From assembly GCA_019057375.1 (NCBI GenBank), contig DXJF01000113.1, positions 1 to 52,869 on the forward strand: a stretch of 52,869 nucleotides of DNA, written 5' to 3'. Positions 1-9,408 of this stretch are shown piece by piece. Each line of letters begins with the position of its first letter. The stretch's first letter is position 1. The notes beneath the pieces are model-generated. The model did not search any database, was not told where the DNA came from, and worked only from the letters and a program-made list of their open reading frames with translations. Made by a program: the position numbers and the translations under genes. Source of the DNA: Candidatus Heimdallarchaeota archaeon. GTDB lineage: Archaea; Asgardarchaeota; Heimdallarchaeia; Heimdallarchaeales; Heimdallarchaeaceae.

Positions 1-4
1 CATT

Positions 5-676
5 GTGACCTTTGTTGATAACCTTGGCAATCAACCAATTGTTATCAAGGATCACGGAAAAGGAATCAAAAGTATAATTCAATATTTTCTAAAAAAACAA
101 ACACAGTTAAGAGAACAGTATATACGACAGCAGAAACAGTATTTGAAACAGCAGAAAAAACTGATTTATGGTCCAACATACTATAAGTTACGGGAAAAGT
201 GGCGAAAGAAACTCAAAGATGCGATCCACAAACTAACCAAATATTTAGTAGACTTGTGGATGGAACTAAATTTACAAGAGGTCATCATAGGGTATAATGC
301 AAAATGGAAACAGATGGTTCATTTTCAGAAGAAAGTAACTCAAATGTTTGTAGCTATCCCGTTCATGAAAATTATCAAACAACTATGTTACAAAGCTGCT
401 GAAAATAGGATCAAGGTTGAGATTATCCCTGAAGACTATACCTCAAAATCTAGTTTCCTCGATAATGAATTTCCAAGAAAAAGAACAAAATATGCTGGAA
501 GAAGAGTCACTCGAGGTATGTTTCAATCTGCTCAAGGTTCTCTTATTAATGCTGATGTCAATGCAGCGTATAATATCTTAATCAAAAGCGATCCGAAAGC
601 ACTACCTAAGCGAAGTGTGAACGGGGTAGGAGGATACGTGATGTATCCGCGTAGAGTGAGTGTTGACCCACAATGA
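5..676 (+). CDS. tnpB: RNA-guided endonuclease TnpB, C-terminal part (5'-truncated by window)
   Basis: Motifs DAIHKLTKYLV, VIIGYNAKWKQ, IPFMKIIKQLCYKA, PEDYTSKSSFLD, GRRVTRGMF, INADVNAAYNI typical of TnpB RuvC regions II/III; frame is open from position 2. Confidence 0.9.
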   Translation: MTFVDNLGNQPIVIKDHGKGIKSIIQYFLKKQTQLREQYIRQQKQYLKQQKKLIYGPTYYKLREKWRKKLKDAIHKLTKYLVDLWMELNLQEVIIGYNAKWKQMVHFQKKVTQMFVAIPFMKIIKQLCYKAAENRIKVEIIPEDYTSKSSFLDNEFPRKRTKYAGRRVTRGMFQSAQGSLINADVNAAYNILIKSDPKALPKRSVNGVGGYVMYPRRVSVDPQ

Positions 677-730
677 CCTCTATAAAAGACTCTCAACCAT
701 CTAGTCTTAGGTGACTAGGTGATAACTACT
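600..730 (+). ncRNA. Putative omegaRNA/reRNA scaffold overlapping the tnpB 3' end
   Basis: Successive stems: CTACC(602-606)/GGTAG(625-629), GGATAC-gtgat-GTATCC (632-648), TAGAG(652-656)/CTCTA(678-682), hairpin 698-721. Position matches known TnpB omegaRNAs; boundaries approximate. Confidence 0.5.
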
Positions 731-808
731 CATCATTAAATTCTTTGGAAAAAGTGAGAAAAATTAATAAATTTGTGTGCGTCGCCTAGCAATTGAAGTG
801 ATTTTTAT

Positions 809-1525
809 ATGACTTCTCTAAAGACCGAACCTCAACTAAGTAAAAGAATAATCATAGCTTTTAGGATCTTTGCATCTTTTATTCTTGTTTTAGCTATTTT
901 AGGTTTGACAATTGTACTTCTGGATGAATTCGAAATAGGAAGTTCTTTTTTGGACGTAGTTTATATTTTTGGTGCAGAGAAAACTGCACTTTCACTAATC
1001 CTACTGATAATGACATCAATTTTACTTTTAGTGAAAGAAACTTCCTTTAAAATTAAAGTTGTTCTAACAATTATTTTCATCCTACTTATTGTATCTACTG
1101 CTTTAGCAAGTTGTTCTCTGTTTTATTCAATTGTATTAGCAAAAATAACTGATGGATGGGGAGTTATTTTAATTATTCTTGAATTTCAGATGCTCAATGT
1201 ACTTATTAATTATATCTTGTTTTTCAGCATTTTAGGTATTTTTTTTGTTTTGTTTATACTAAATAATAGAAGAAATAAATACAACTTGCTGATTTTACCT
1301 ATAAGTTTAAGCTATTCAATTTACGAACTCGTCTTGTATGGATTTAGTTTTGATGCTCCTTGGATTCTTAATTGGATTGGATCATCTAGCTTTGATTATT
1401 ATTTAGCAATTTCATTCTTATTCTTTTTAGGAGTGTCTTTCATAATTCAATCTTTTATAGGAAGAAGCAAAAAAAGTGAAAAACTTCCTAATAAGGAACA
1501 AAATTTAAAATTAGCTTTAACTTAG
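809..1525 (+). CDS. Hypothetical multi-pass membrane protein
   Basis: 238 aa, about 6-7 hydrophobic segments, no recognised motif. Confidence 0.7.
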   Translation: MTSLKTEPQLSKRIIIAFRIFASFILVLAILGLTIVLLDEFEIGSSFLDVVYIFGAEKTALSLILLIMTSILLLVKETSFKIKVVLTIIFILLIVSTALASCSLFYSIVLAKITDGWGVILIILEFQMLNVLINYILFFSILGIFFVLFILNNRRNKYNLLILPISLSYSIYELVLYGFSFDAPWILNWIGSSSFDYYLAISFLFFLGVSFIIQSFIGRSKKSEKLPNKEQNLKLALT

Positions 1526-1551
1526 TTATATAGAGAGTTTCCGAGATTCAG

Positions 1552-2769
1552 ATGAGAAAATATAATATTTCAATGTCTATTTTTCAAATTCTGCTATTTA
1601 CAGCTATTAGTGCTTTCCTAGTTAATTCTGTGTATGGAATAATCATCAATATATTTGCAATATACGAATCTGTTGGTTTTTGGACACTTATTGTGATGGT
1701 CATATTTTATACTATTTTCAAGGAAGCGTTTTTTCCAATTCTGTTTGTTCTCTTAGGATCTTTTTTCTTCGTGCAAGCTATGAAATCTGATGATGTGAAA
1801 GAAAAAAGAATAATACAAATAATTAGTTTAGCGATGATATTAGTTAACACAGCTTATTCTATACTGGCAATTTTTGGAGACATTTTAGTCATTAGGGAAT
1901 TATCAAATTTCATCTTTACATTTGGTTATGAAACATTTGCCACCATAGCAGTAGTAGCATCATGTATTCTGCTTATTACATTGATCTTTTTGGTTTTAGA
2001 AAAATATAGCGTGATTAAGAAAATAGTTATCTCTGCAATAATAATACCCTATATCGTTTTGCGAATTCTATCATTCTACATAGAGTTTCAGTTTTTGATG
2101 ATAATTATTGAATCATCAGCTCTTGTCTTTATCTTCTGTATCCTGTATATTGTAACAAGTTTTGGAGATTTGAAGACTAATACACTAACTTTCTTGTCAT
2201 CAACAATTCTAGTATTAGGAATTGCTAAAATTCTTATATGGCTTGATTTCCTATTACCTCCTTGGTTTGGATCTGACATTTTTGAATATGGAATAGAATT
2301 GTTATTCATATCAATGATATTACTTCTATTTTCTTTAACACTTCTAACTATAAAAAGTGGTAAAAAATGGATGAGAACGCTGAAGTATATATCAGTTGGT
2401 TTTACATTTACAATTACTGCTTTATTTCTCTGGCAACTCATTTTCGTTGTTCAGTATTCTATAACTTGGGGATACTTCAATTTGACTATGTTTTTATCAT
2501 ATATACCAAATATCCTTTTATTTGGATTGATAGTAGTTATAACTTTCTTACATACTGATTTACATAAAAGAGTAAAATGGATACTGCTTATGTTTTCATT
2601 ACTTTATCCAATTTTCGAAATAATTGAATTTGTTTTTCAGTTGGGAGGAAATCCCATAGAGTATTTTCCTTCCCTTCAAATTCTCTCAATAATCTGTTTA
2701 TTAATAACAGGAGTATCTTGGAGTTATCTATCTACGCAAGTGAAAATAAAGTCTACAAAGACTATATAG
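1552..2769 (+). CDS. Hypothetical multi-pass membrane protein
   Basis: 405 aa, about 12 hydrophobic segments, co-oriented with the previous gene, no recognised motif. Confidence 0.75.
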   Translation: MRKYNISMSIFQILLFTAISAFLVNSVYGIIINIFAIYESVGFWTLIVMVIFYTIFKEAFFPILFVLLGSFFFVQAMKSDDVKEKRIIQIISLAMILVNTAYSILAIFGDILVIRELSNFIFTFGYETFATIAVVASCILLITLIFLVLEKYSVIKKIVISAIIIPYIVLRILSFYIEFQFLMIIIESSALVFIFCILYIVTSFGDLKTNTLTFLSSTILVLGIAKILIWLDFLLPPWFGSDIFEYGIELLFISMILLLFSLTLLTIKSGKKWMRTLKYISVGFTFTITALFLWQLIFVVQYSITWGYFNLTMFLSYIPNILLFGLIVVITFLHTDLHKRVKWILLMFSLLYPIFEIIEFVFQLGGNPIEYFPSLQILSIICLLITGVSWSYLSTQVKIKSTKTI

Positions 2770-2805
2770 CTAAATTTGAAAAATAAAAGAAAAATGAAGA
2801 GGAAG

Positions 2806-3753
2806 TTAAATAGTAACTTCGATTTTGAGTTTACGTACTAACTCTTTGTAACGATTACGTACTGTCACTTCAGTTACAGTTGCAGTCTCAGCGATTTCTC
2901 TCTGAGTTCTTCTCTCTCCTTCAGTAATTCCAGCGATATAAATTGAAGCTGCTGCTAGACCTGTTGGATCTTTCCCAGCTGTCAAGTTATGTTCTTTTGC
3001 TCTGTTAAGTAGTTCAACAGCTTTACGTGCAGTTCTACCACTTAGTCTCAATTCTGCTGCAAAACGAACAATATAGTCAGTTGGATTAGCTAGCGGGATT
3101 TTAATGTTTAATTCTCGAATTATTAATCGATAGCATCGCCCAAGTTCTTTCTTAGAAATTCTTGAATGACGAGCTATTTCATCTAGTGTTCGTGGAACAC
3201 GGCGAATGCGAGCTCCTGCATATGCTGTTGCACCAATCATAGCCTCAATGGAACGACCACGAATTAATCTTTTTTCGATTGCTTTGCGATAAATATTTGC
3301 AGCGGTTTCATTCACACTTCGTGGAATACCTAGTTGTGAAGATAAACGGTCTAATTCAGACATGGCGTACGCAAGGTTTCGATCTATTGAACTATGAACC
3401 CTTGTTCTGATTTGCCATTTTCTGAGACGGTAAATCTGAGCTCTTCGTTTGGGTGAAAGCTTCTTACCATAGACGTCCCTGTCTTCCCAACCGATTTGGG
3501 TTGAAAGACCTTTATCATGGATTGTAATTGTGGTAGGCGATCCCACTCTACTGCGCTTAGATCTTTCTTCAGCAGTAAAGGCTCTCCATTCTGGACCGTC
3601 ATCAATTAGCTTTTCCTCGACAACTGTTCCACAATTTCTGCAAATATGCTCTCCTCTAGTCTCATCCAGAATAACATCTATACTACCGCATTCAGGGCAC
3701 TCCATATCTTCCTCGTCGTCTCTTAGTGATGTTTTATCCTGTTTTTTACTCAT
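2806..3753 (-). CDS. tfb: Transcription initiation factor IIB (TFB)
   Basis: Zn ribbon CPECG...CRNCG, B-reader GPEWRAF, LRKWQIRTR, two cyclin repeats (GRSIEA, GKDPTGLAAA, VTEVTVRNRYKEL). Confidence 0.97.
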   Translation of the reverse strand: MSKKQDKTSLRDDEEDMECPECGSIDVILDETRGEHICRNCGTVVEEKLIDDGPEWRAFTAEERSKRSRVGSPTTITIHDKGLSTQIGWEDRDVYGKKLSPKRRAQIYRLRKWQIRTRVHSSIDRNLAYAMSELDRLSSQLGIPRSVNETAANIYRKAIEKRLIRGRSIEAMIGATAYAGARIRRVPRTLDEIARHSRISKKELGRCYRLIIRELNIKIPLANPTDYIVRFAAELRLSGRTARKAVELLNRAKEHNLTAGKDPTGLAAASIYIAGITEGERRTQREIAETATVTEVTVRNRYKELVRKLKIEVTI

Positions 3754-4163
3754 TCTTGTATCAACCTACAATGAATTGTCTGTTATATGATTAACGAAAA
3801 ACTAAACAGAGTAGTATTATTCTTACGCATTACAATGATTTTAACGTTTAACATTACACACTTAATGCTAGCTGCTTGGTGCGAATCCCAACACTATTTC
3901 ATGTTTCAACCTCATAAAATAAGAGAGAACCCTTCCAAATATCCCGACACTTCTCTTTTTAAATCTTTCGCAGTTTTTTAACCAAAATCTCATATATAAA
4001 TGTTTCGATGACCAAAAAAATATGCTCTAATCGATTTATCAAACTAGAGCGCCTTTTAGTTTAATATTTTCAATTATAAGGGTTTTAAAGAATTAGATAT
4101 TTCCGAAAACTATTTAAAGTGAATTTTTAGTAAAAACTTTGTTTTAACTTAGCATAAAAATAG

Positions 4164-4358
4164 CTAATTCGCAATTTTATTGCTAAGCTTTGTTTCTTTT
4201 TTCTTCTTTCTACTTATGATAATACCCTCTATAAGTATACCAAGTATCATTACTCCCATTCCACTAAAGAACGAAATAAAAAATTTAAAACCTATAGCTG
4301 CTAAAGTGATTCCCACTATTCCTGCAATTGTGAAGATAATTACAGATGATCTAATCAT
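4164..4358 (-). CDS. Small two-TM membrane protein
   Basis: Two hydrophobic helices followed by a basic tail (SRKKKKE); ATG at 4358 preferred over TTG at 4364. Confidence 0.5.
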   Translation of the reverse strand: MIRSSVIIFTIAGIVGITLAAIGFKFFISFFSGMGVMILGILIEGIIISRKKKKETKLSNKIAN

Positions 4359-4396
4359 GAACAAGAGCTATTTGTATAAGCATTCATAAACACTTT

Positions 4397-4585
4397 CTAC
4401 TTTCTTCTGTCCTTTCGAAAAATTGATTTTCTTTCTGCTTGGTAACTTCCGTCTTTATTATAACTGTTTACAGTTATTTGTTTACCTAATATTTCTTCTA
4501 TTTCTCTCTCTAGTTTTTTCTTGATTTCAATCCTTTTTTCAATTTTCCGATCTTTATGAATGTTGATTTTTCCTGTTTTTATCAT
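4397..4585 (-). CDS. Small basic hypothetical protein
   Basis: 62 aa, charged, co-oriented with neighbours; shares a YxxERKSIF motif with 4741..5250. Confidence 0.4.
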   Translation of the reverse strand: MIKTGKINIHKDRKIEKRIEIKKKLEREIEEILGKQITVNSYNKDGSYQAERKSIFRKDRRK

Positions 4586-4740
4586 CTGTTTTCATATTAT
4601 ATGGTACATTAGACTCTTTTATTACTTAATATTTAGAAAAGTGTAGTTTTTACTTTACAAATGTGTAGTTTTTCTAGAATATTATTTAGTTTCTAAAAAT
4701 TATCATCATTAAATGTGCTAAAATTGTTTCACCTACGAAA

Positions 4741-5250
4741 TCATTCATATTCTTTGTTATCTTTTTCAAGTGATTTTGTTTTTCGATCTCTTTCCCCACT
4801 TACTAGAGGAGTTATTCCTTTCTTGAATTTGTAATCATATACACTTTCTTCTTTGATATCTTCTCTCTGAAATATTGACTTCCTTTCTCGCTCATAGATC
4901 TCGTACAAAGAAGCTTCCTTTTCTCCTTTCTCTTCTCGTCTATCAAAATCTTTGTAGATGTACAGTGCAAACAAATTTCCCCTTAAGTTGACATACTTCA
5001 GATCATAATATTTGCTGAATTCACTTATCCAATCAAAGACCTCCATTGGAATTTCGTTTAACTCTTCCAGATATAGGAAGATTGGCTTTGGATATGTTAT
5101 CCTCGTTGGTATTATCACATTCGCTTTAACTTCCCATTCCTTCACATAGTTCTCAAGAACTCCCTTAATTCTGTTAAGCTTTGCTTGTTGAACATAACTC
5201 TCTAAGGTTGTTAACATTTCTTCCATATTGTAGTTGTTATTTTCAGTCAT
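4741..5250 (-). CDS. Hypothetical protein
   Basis: 169 aa ORF with SD-like GGGGTGTGA just upstream of the ATG; no family recognised. Confidence 0.65.
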   Translation of the reverse strand: MTENNNYNMEEMLTTLESYVQQAKLNRIKGVLENYVKEWEVKANVIIPTRITYPKPIFLYLEELNEIPMEVFDWISEFSKYYDLKYVNLRGNLFALYIYKDFDRREEKGEKEASLYEIYERERKSIFQREDIKEESVYDYKFKKGITPLVSGERDRKTKSLEKDNKEYE

Positions 5251-5544
5251 TTTTCACACCCCAAGTGAAAGATAACATTTCCCCAGCGTATCTTCAAAAT
5301 GTACTTCACAATTACACTAATATTAACATTTGCTAAAGAAAATATTCTAGACTGACTAATCATTGAAACAACTCTAGCTCTTATTTGTGGAATGATTTAT
5401 ATCGATTTTAATCTTTCTGGAAACTGTTGCTGTATCTAGAAGAATTTTATAGTGTAAAAAACATTTAACTTTCCTTATTGGCACAAAGTTAAAATTGAAT
5501 AACAAAATTAGTTTTCTTGGTAAAATACCTTTGTAGGTTAAATC

Positions 5545-7260
5545 ATGAAAATAGAAGAATACGATGTTGTTATAGTTGGAGCAGGTTTGAGTGGTTTACG
5601 AGCAGCTTTAGAGCTTTCCAAACATTGGAAGATTGCTGTTGTCAGCAAAGTTCATCCAGTTAGGAGTCATTCAGGGGCTGCACAAGGAGGCATTAATGCA
5701 GCTTTGGGAAATACTGAAGCTGGACATGATGATTCTCCTGAAAAACATGCTTATGATACAGTCTATGGTTCAGATTACCTAGCTGACCAAGATGCAGTTA
5801 TACTAATGTGCGAAGTAGCACCCAAAATTGTAGTTGAATTTGAGAGCATGGGGGCACCATTTTCTAGGTTAGATTCTGGCCTTATAGCACAAAGACCTTT
5901 TGGAGGAGCGGGTTTTCCAAGAACGTGCTATGCTGCTGATAGAACAGGTCATGTTCTACTTCACACCCTTTACGAACAATGTGTTCATAAGAATGTCCAA
6001 TTCTTTGATGAGTTTTTCCTAATAGATCTAATAAAAATTGATGATCAAGTAACTGGCATATTGACTTTAGATATGGCTTCTGGGGAATTAGTTGTTTTTA
6101 GATCAGGTTATGTCATTTTAGCTACAGGAGGATTTGGTAGAATCTACAAACGTTCTACTAATGCTATTATCAGTACTGGAGATGGTGTAGGTGCTGCTTT
6201 TAGAGCAGGGATTCCTATGCAAGATGGTGAGTTTGTTCAATTCCATCCTACAACCCTATATGGAACTAATATTCTGATTACTGAAGGGGCTCGAGGTGAG
6301 GGTGGATTACTCTACAACAATCTTGGAGAAAGGTTCATGTTAGATGTTGCACCTAATGCTAAAGAATTAGCTCCCAGAGACATTGTTGCTAGAGCTATTG
6401 AAACAGAAATCAGAGAGGGACGAGGATTTGAAGATGCTTATGTTCATTTAGATTTAACACACCTTGGTGCAGAAAGAATTAGAGAAAGATTACCGGGAAT
6501 AAGAGAAATTTCTATCTATTTTGCTGGTGTCGATCCTATCAATGAACCAATTCCTGTTCAACCAGGACAACACTATTCAATGGGTGGTGTTGGTACGAAA
6601 TCTGATGGGAATATATGTGAAACTATACTTTCAGGTCTGTATGTAGTTGGAGAAACAGCTTGCATATCTGTTCATGGAGCTAACCGATTAGGAGGAAATT
6701 CTTTGCTTGAAACAGCAGTTTTCGGTAGGCACGTTGGGAGGTTGATGTTAGAGAAAGGTTTGCCTAAGTTGCAGGAAGAAATCAGAGTAATGGCAGCTGA
6801 AGAAAAAGCTATCAAAGAAATCGAAGAACTTCTTGAGAAATGGGATAACAGCTTAGGTAAGAAACCCATTGAGATTCAAAATGCAATGGGAATAGCTTTA
6901 GATACTAAAGTTGGCGTTTTTCGAACAGAAGATGAGCTCAAAGAAGCATATGAAGAAATTGATAAATTGCAAACAGAGTTTAGAAACGTAAAAGTTTCCA
7001 CTTCTAAGGGGATATATAATTTTGGTTTAATCAGAACACTTGAGCTTAGAAATATGCTAGATATTGCAGAAATTACTGCTTTTGCAGCTTTGTGGAGAAA
7101 AGAGAGTAGAGGAGCACACTCTCGAATAGATTTTCCAAACCGTAATGATGAAGAATTTCTCGTTCATTCTATGGTTACAAGAGATGAAGAAGGCAAATTA
7201 AAAATAGAAACTAAACCTGTGAAACTTGGTCAATTTGAGGTAAAGGAGCGTGTATATTAA
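5545..7260 (+). CDS. sdhA: Succinate dehydrogenase/fumarate reductase flavoprotein subunit
   Basis: GAGLSG FAD motif, [10 protein letters not shown] covalent-FAD His, [37 protein letters not shown]. Confidence 0.95.
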   Translation: MKIEEYDVVIVGAGLSGLRAALELSKHWKIAVVSKVHPVRSHSGAAQGGINAALGNTEAGHDDSPEKHAYDTVYGSDYLADQDAVILMCEVAPKIVVEFESMGAPFSRLDSGLIAQRPFGGAGFPRTCYAADRTGHVLLHTLYEQCVHKNVQFFDEFFLIDLIKIDDQVTGILTLDMASGELVVFRSGYVILATGGFGRIYKRSTNAIISTGDGVGAAFRAGIPMQDGEFVQFHPTTLYGTNILITEGARGEGGLLYNNLGERFMLDVAPNAKELAPRDIVARAIETEIREGRGFEDAYVHLDLTHLGAERIRERLPGIREISIYFAGVDPINEPIPVQPGQHYSMGGVGTKSDGNICETILSGLYVVGETACISVHGANRLGGNSLLETAVFGRHVGRLMLEKGLPKLQEEIRVMAAEEKAIKEIEELLEKWDNSLGKKPIEIQNAMGIALDTKVGVFRTEDELKEAYEEIDKLQTEFRNVKVSTSKGIYNFGLIRTLELRNMLDIAEITAFAALWRKESRGAHSRIDFPNRNDEEFLVHSMVTRDEEGKLKIETKPVKLGQFEVKERVY

Positions 7261-8027
7261 TGGTAGAAATGCAGAAATTCCTAATATTTAGAAAGGATTC
7301 AGAAGAAAAAAAAGGTAGATACGAAAGATTCGAAGTTCCAAAGAGAAAAGGTCTTACAATTCTAGAAGCACTCTTCTATATTCAAGATAACTATGATTCA
7401 ACACTTGCGTTCAGATATTCCTGCAGAGGAGCGATTTGTGGTAGCTGTGGTATGACTGTAGATAAAGTCCCTGAGCTTGCGTGTAGAACGCAGATAACTG
7501 CCGTTAAAACCAAAAAGAAACCAGTTAAGCTTCCAGAGTTTAATTTTGGACAAATCTCTGATTGGGATCAGGAGAATGAGATACTTATTGAACCATTACC
7601 TAATATGGAGATCATTCAAGATTTAGTAGTAAACATGGAACCTTTCTGGAAGTTCTATCGAGAAGTTGAACCTTATTTCACAAGAGAATGGAATGATGAA
7701 GCACCTGAATCCCATCAGAGTTCTGATGCCGCTAAATCAATAGAGCATTTAATTAATTGTATCGCTTGTGGTCTGTGTTGGGCATGTCCTGTTAATGCTA
7801 CTAACAAGGAATATTTTGGTCCAACTGCTCTAGCCAAAGCAAATCGTTTCGTTGCAGATAATCGATTGTCAGAAGAACACAGACAAGAAATATTAGATAA
7901 AGTGTGGCAACAAAACGCCGTACCAGCATGTGAAAAATATTTTGTCTGTAATCGTGTTTGTCCAAAGGGAGTAAGACCTGGAACAGCTATTAGTGATATT
8001 AGAGAAAAGTGGTCAAAAAATGAATGA
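7260..8027 (+). CDS. sdhB: Succinate dehydrogenase/fumarate reductase iron-sulfur subunit
   Basis: SCRGAICGSCG...LAC [2Fe-2S] motif, CIACGLCWACP and CEKYFVCNRVCP cluster motifs; TAATG overlap with sdhA. Confidence 0.93.
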   Translation: MVEMQKFLIFRKDSEEKKGRYERFEVPKRKGLTILEALFYIQDNYDSTLAFRYSCRGAICGSCGMTVDKVPELACRTQITAVKTKKKPVKLPEFNFGQISDWDQENEILIEPLPNMEIIQDLVVNMEPFWKFYREVEPYFTREWNDEAPESHQSSDAAKSIEHLINCIACGLCWACPVNATNKEYFGPTALAKANRFVADNRLSEEHRQEILDKVWQQNAVPACEKYFVCNRVCPKGVRPGTAISDIREKWSKNE

Positions 8028-9408
8028 CAAAACTAGAATAGAGAAAGACATCTTAGGTGAGCTAGACATTCCAGTAAATGTTTATTGGGGAATCAGCACA
8101 CAAAGAGCAATAGAAAATTTCAAAATAAGTGGAAGAAGATTTTCAGAATCTTTTATCAAAGCTTTAGCTCAAATCAAAAAAGCATGTCTTCAAACCAACT
8201 TAGAATTAAACCTAATAGATCAGAATATAGGAAAAGCAATTCTCCAGTCAACAGTTGAGATTACTCACGAAAATAAGCTGTTAGATCAGTTTCCAATAGA
8301 CATTTTTCAAACTGGTTCTGGAACTCAAACTAACATGAACATGAATGAAGTATTAGCAAATAGAGCTAATGAAATTCTAGGTCATGAGTTAGGTAAAAAA
8401 CATCCTGTTCATCCAAATGATCATGTGAATAAGGGGCAATCTTCAAACGACGTTATTCCAACAGCAATGCATCTTGTTTCTATTGAAGAGATACATAAAC
8501 GGTTGCTTCCAGCTATTAGAGAGATTGTTTCTGTTCTTAAACAAAAAATCGACGAATTTAAAGATATAATAAAAGTTGGAAGAACTCATTTACAAGACGC
8601 TGTACCCATACCTTTGTCTTTAGAATTTCTTGTTTATCTTAAACAGCTTACTTCTGAAGAACAGAATTTTATGGAAATTATTGAAGAATTAACAGCAATC
8701 CCACTAGGTGGTACAGCTCTAGGTACTGGAATCAATACACACGAAGAATTTGGAGAGATAGCTACACATAAACTATCAGAGATAACAAAAATAGACTTTC
8801 GTTCGAATCCTATTAAAGCAGAAGGAATGGCTTCACATAAAGTGTTTGTAAAACTAAGTGGTATTCTGAAATCACTTTCATTAACACTGATGAAACTAGC
8901 TAACGATATTAGATGGATGAGTAGTGGCCCAAGAGCTGGTTTAGGAGAATTATTGATACCCCAAGAAGAACCAGGCTCTTCTATCATGCCAGGAAAAATT
9001 AATCCTACACAATCTGAAATGCTGATTCAAGTATGTCTTCAGGTTATTGGAAATGAGACAACAATAACTTTTGCTGAAGGATTTGGAAGTACTCTTGATT
9101 TGAATGTCACAAAACCACTAATTATCTCAACAATACTTGAATCTATTCAGCTTCTTTCAAATGGAATAAATTCCTTTACAAATAATTGCCTAAAAGATCT
9201 GAAAGTTAACCAAAAACAGATTGAAAAGCATTTAAAAGAGAATCTGATGATCGTGACAAATCTTGTGCCAATTATTGGTTACGATAGAGCTGCTGAGATA
9301 GCTAAGAAAGCATATGAATCCGGTAAGACGTTAAAAGAAGTCATACAAGAAGAGGAAATCAAGATAGATGATTTAGATAATATTCTTGATCCTAAAAACA
9401 TGGTTTAA
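8020..9408 (+). CDS. fumC: Class II fumarate hydratase
   Basis: QTGSGTQTNMN, HPNDHVNKGQSSND, GRTHLQDA, GSSIMPGKINP signature; ATG at 8020 overlaps the sdhB stop. Confidence 0.92.
   Translation: MNDKTRIEKDILGELDIPVNVYWGISTQRAIENFKISGRRFSESFIKALAQIKKACLQTNLELNLIDQNIGKAILQSTVEITHENKLLDQFPIDIFQTGSGTQTNMNMNEVLANRANEILGHELGKKHPVHPNDHVNKGQSSNDVIPTAMHLVSIEEIHKRLLPAIREIVSVLKQKIDEFKDIIKVGRTHLQDAVPIPLSLEFLVYLKQLTSEEQNFMEIIEELTAIPLGGTALGTGINTHEEFGEIATHKLSEITKIDFRSNPIKAEGMASHKVFVKLSGILKSLSLTLMKLANDIRWMSSGPRAGLGELLIPQEEPGSSIMPGKINPTQSEMLIQVCLQVIGNETTITFAEGFGSTLDLNVTKPLIISTILESIQLLSNGINSFTNNCLKDLKVNQKQIEKHLKENLMIVTNLVPIIGYDRAAEIAKKAYESGKTLKEVIQEEEIKIDDLDNILDPKNMV

Larger units (their letters stand above)
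1..730 (+). mobile_element. Right-hand part of a TnpB-encoding IS200/IS605- or IS607-type element (left part outside window)
   Basis: tnpB ORF open to the window start, followed by a subterminal hairpin (CATCTAGTC-ttaggt-GACTAGGTG, 698-721). The exact right end is not fixed and no transposase is visible to assign the family. Confidence 0.65.

Noticed and set aside
3868-3895. GGTGCGAATCCC resembling a tRNA T-loop in the long region upstream of tfb
   Set aside because: Only a 4-bp stem, no acceptor, D or anticodon arms; no Gar1-like or other convincing ORF found in 3754-4160 either.
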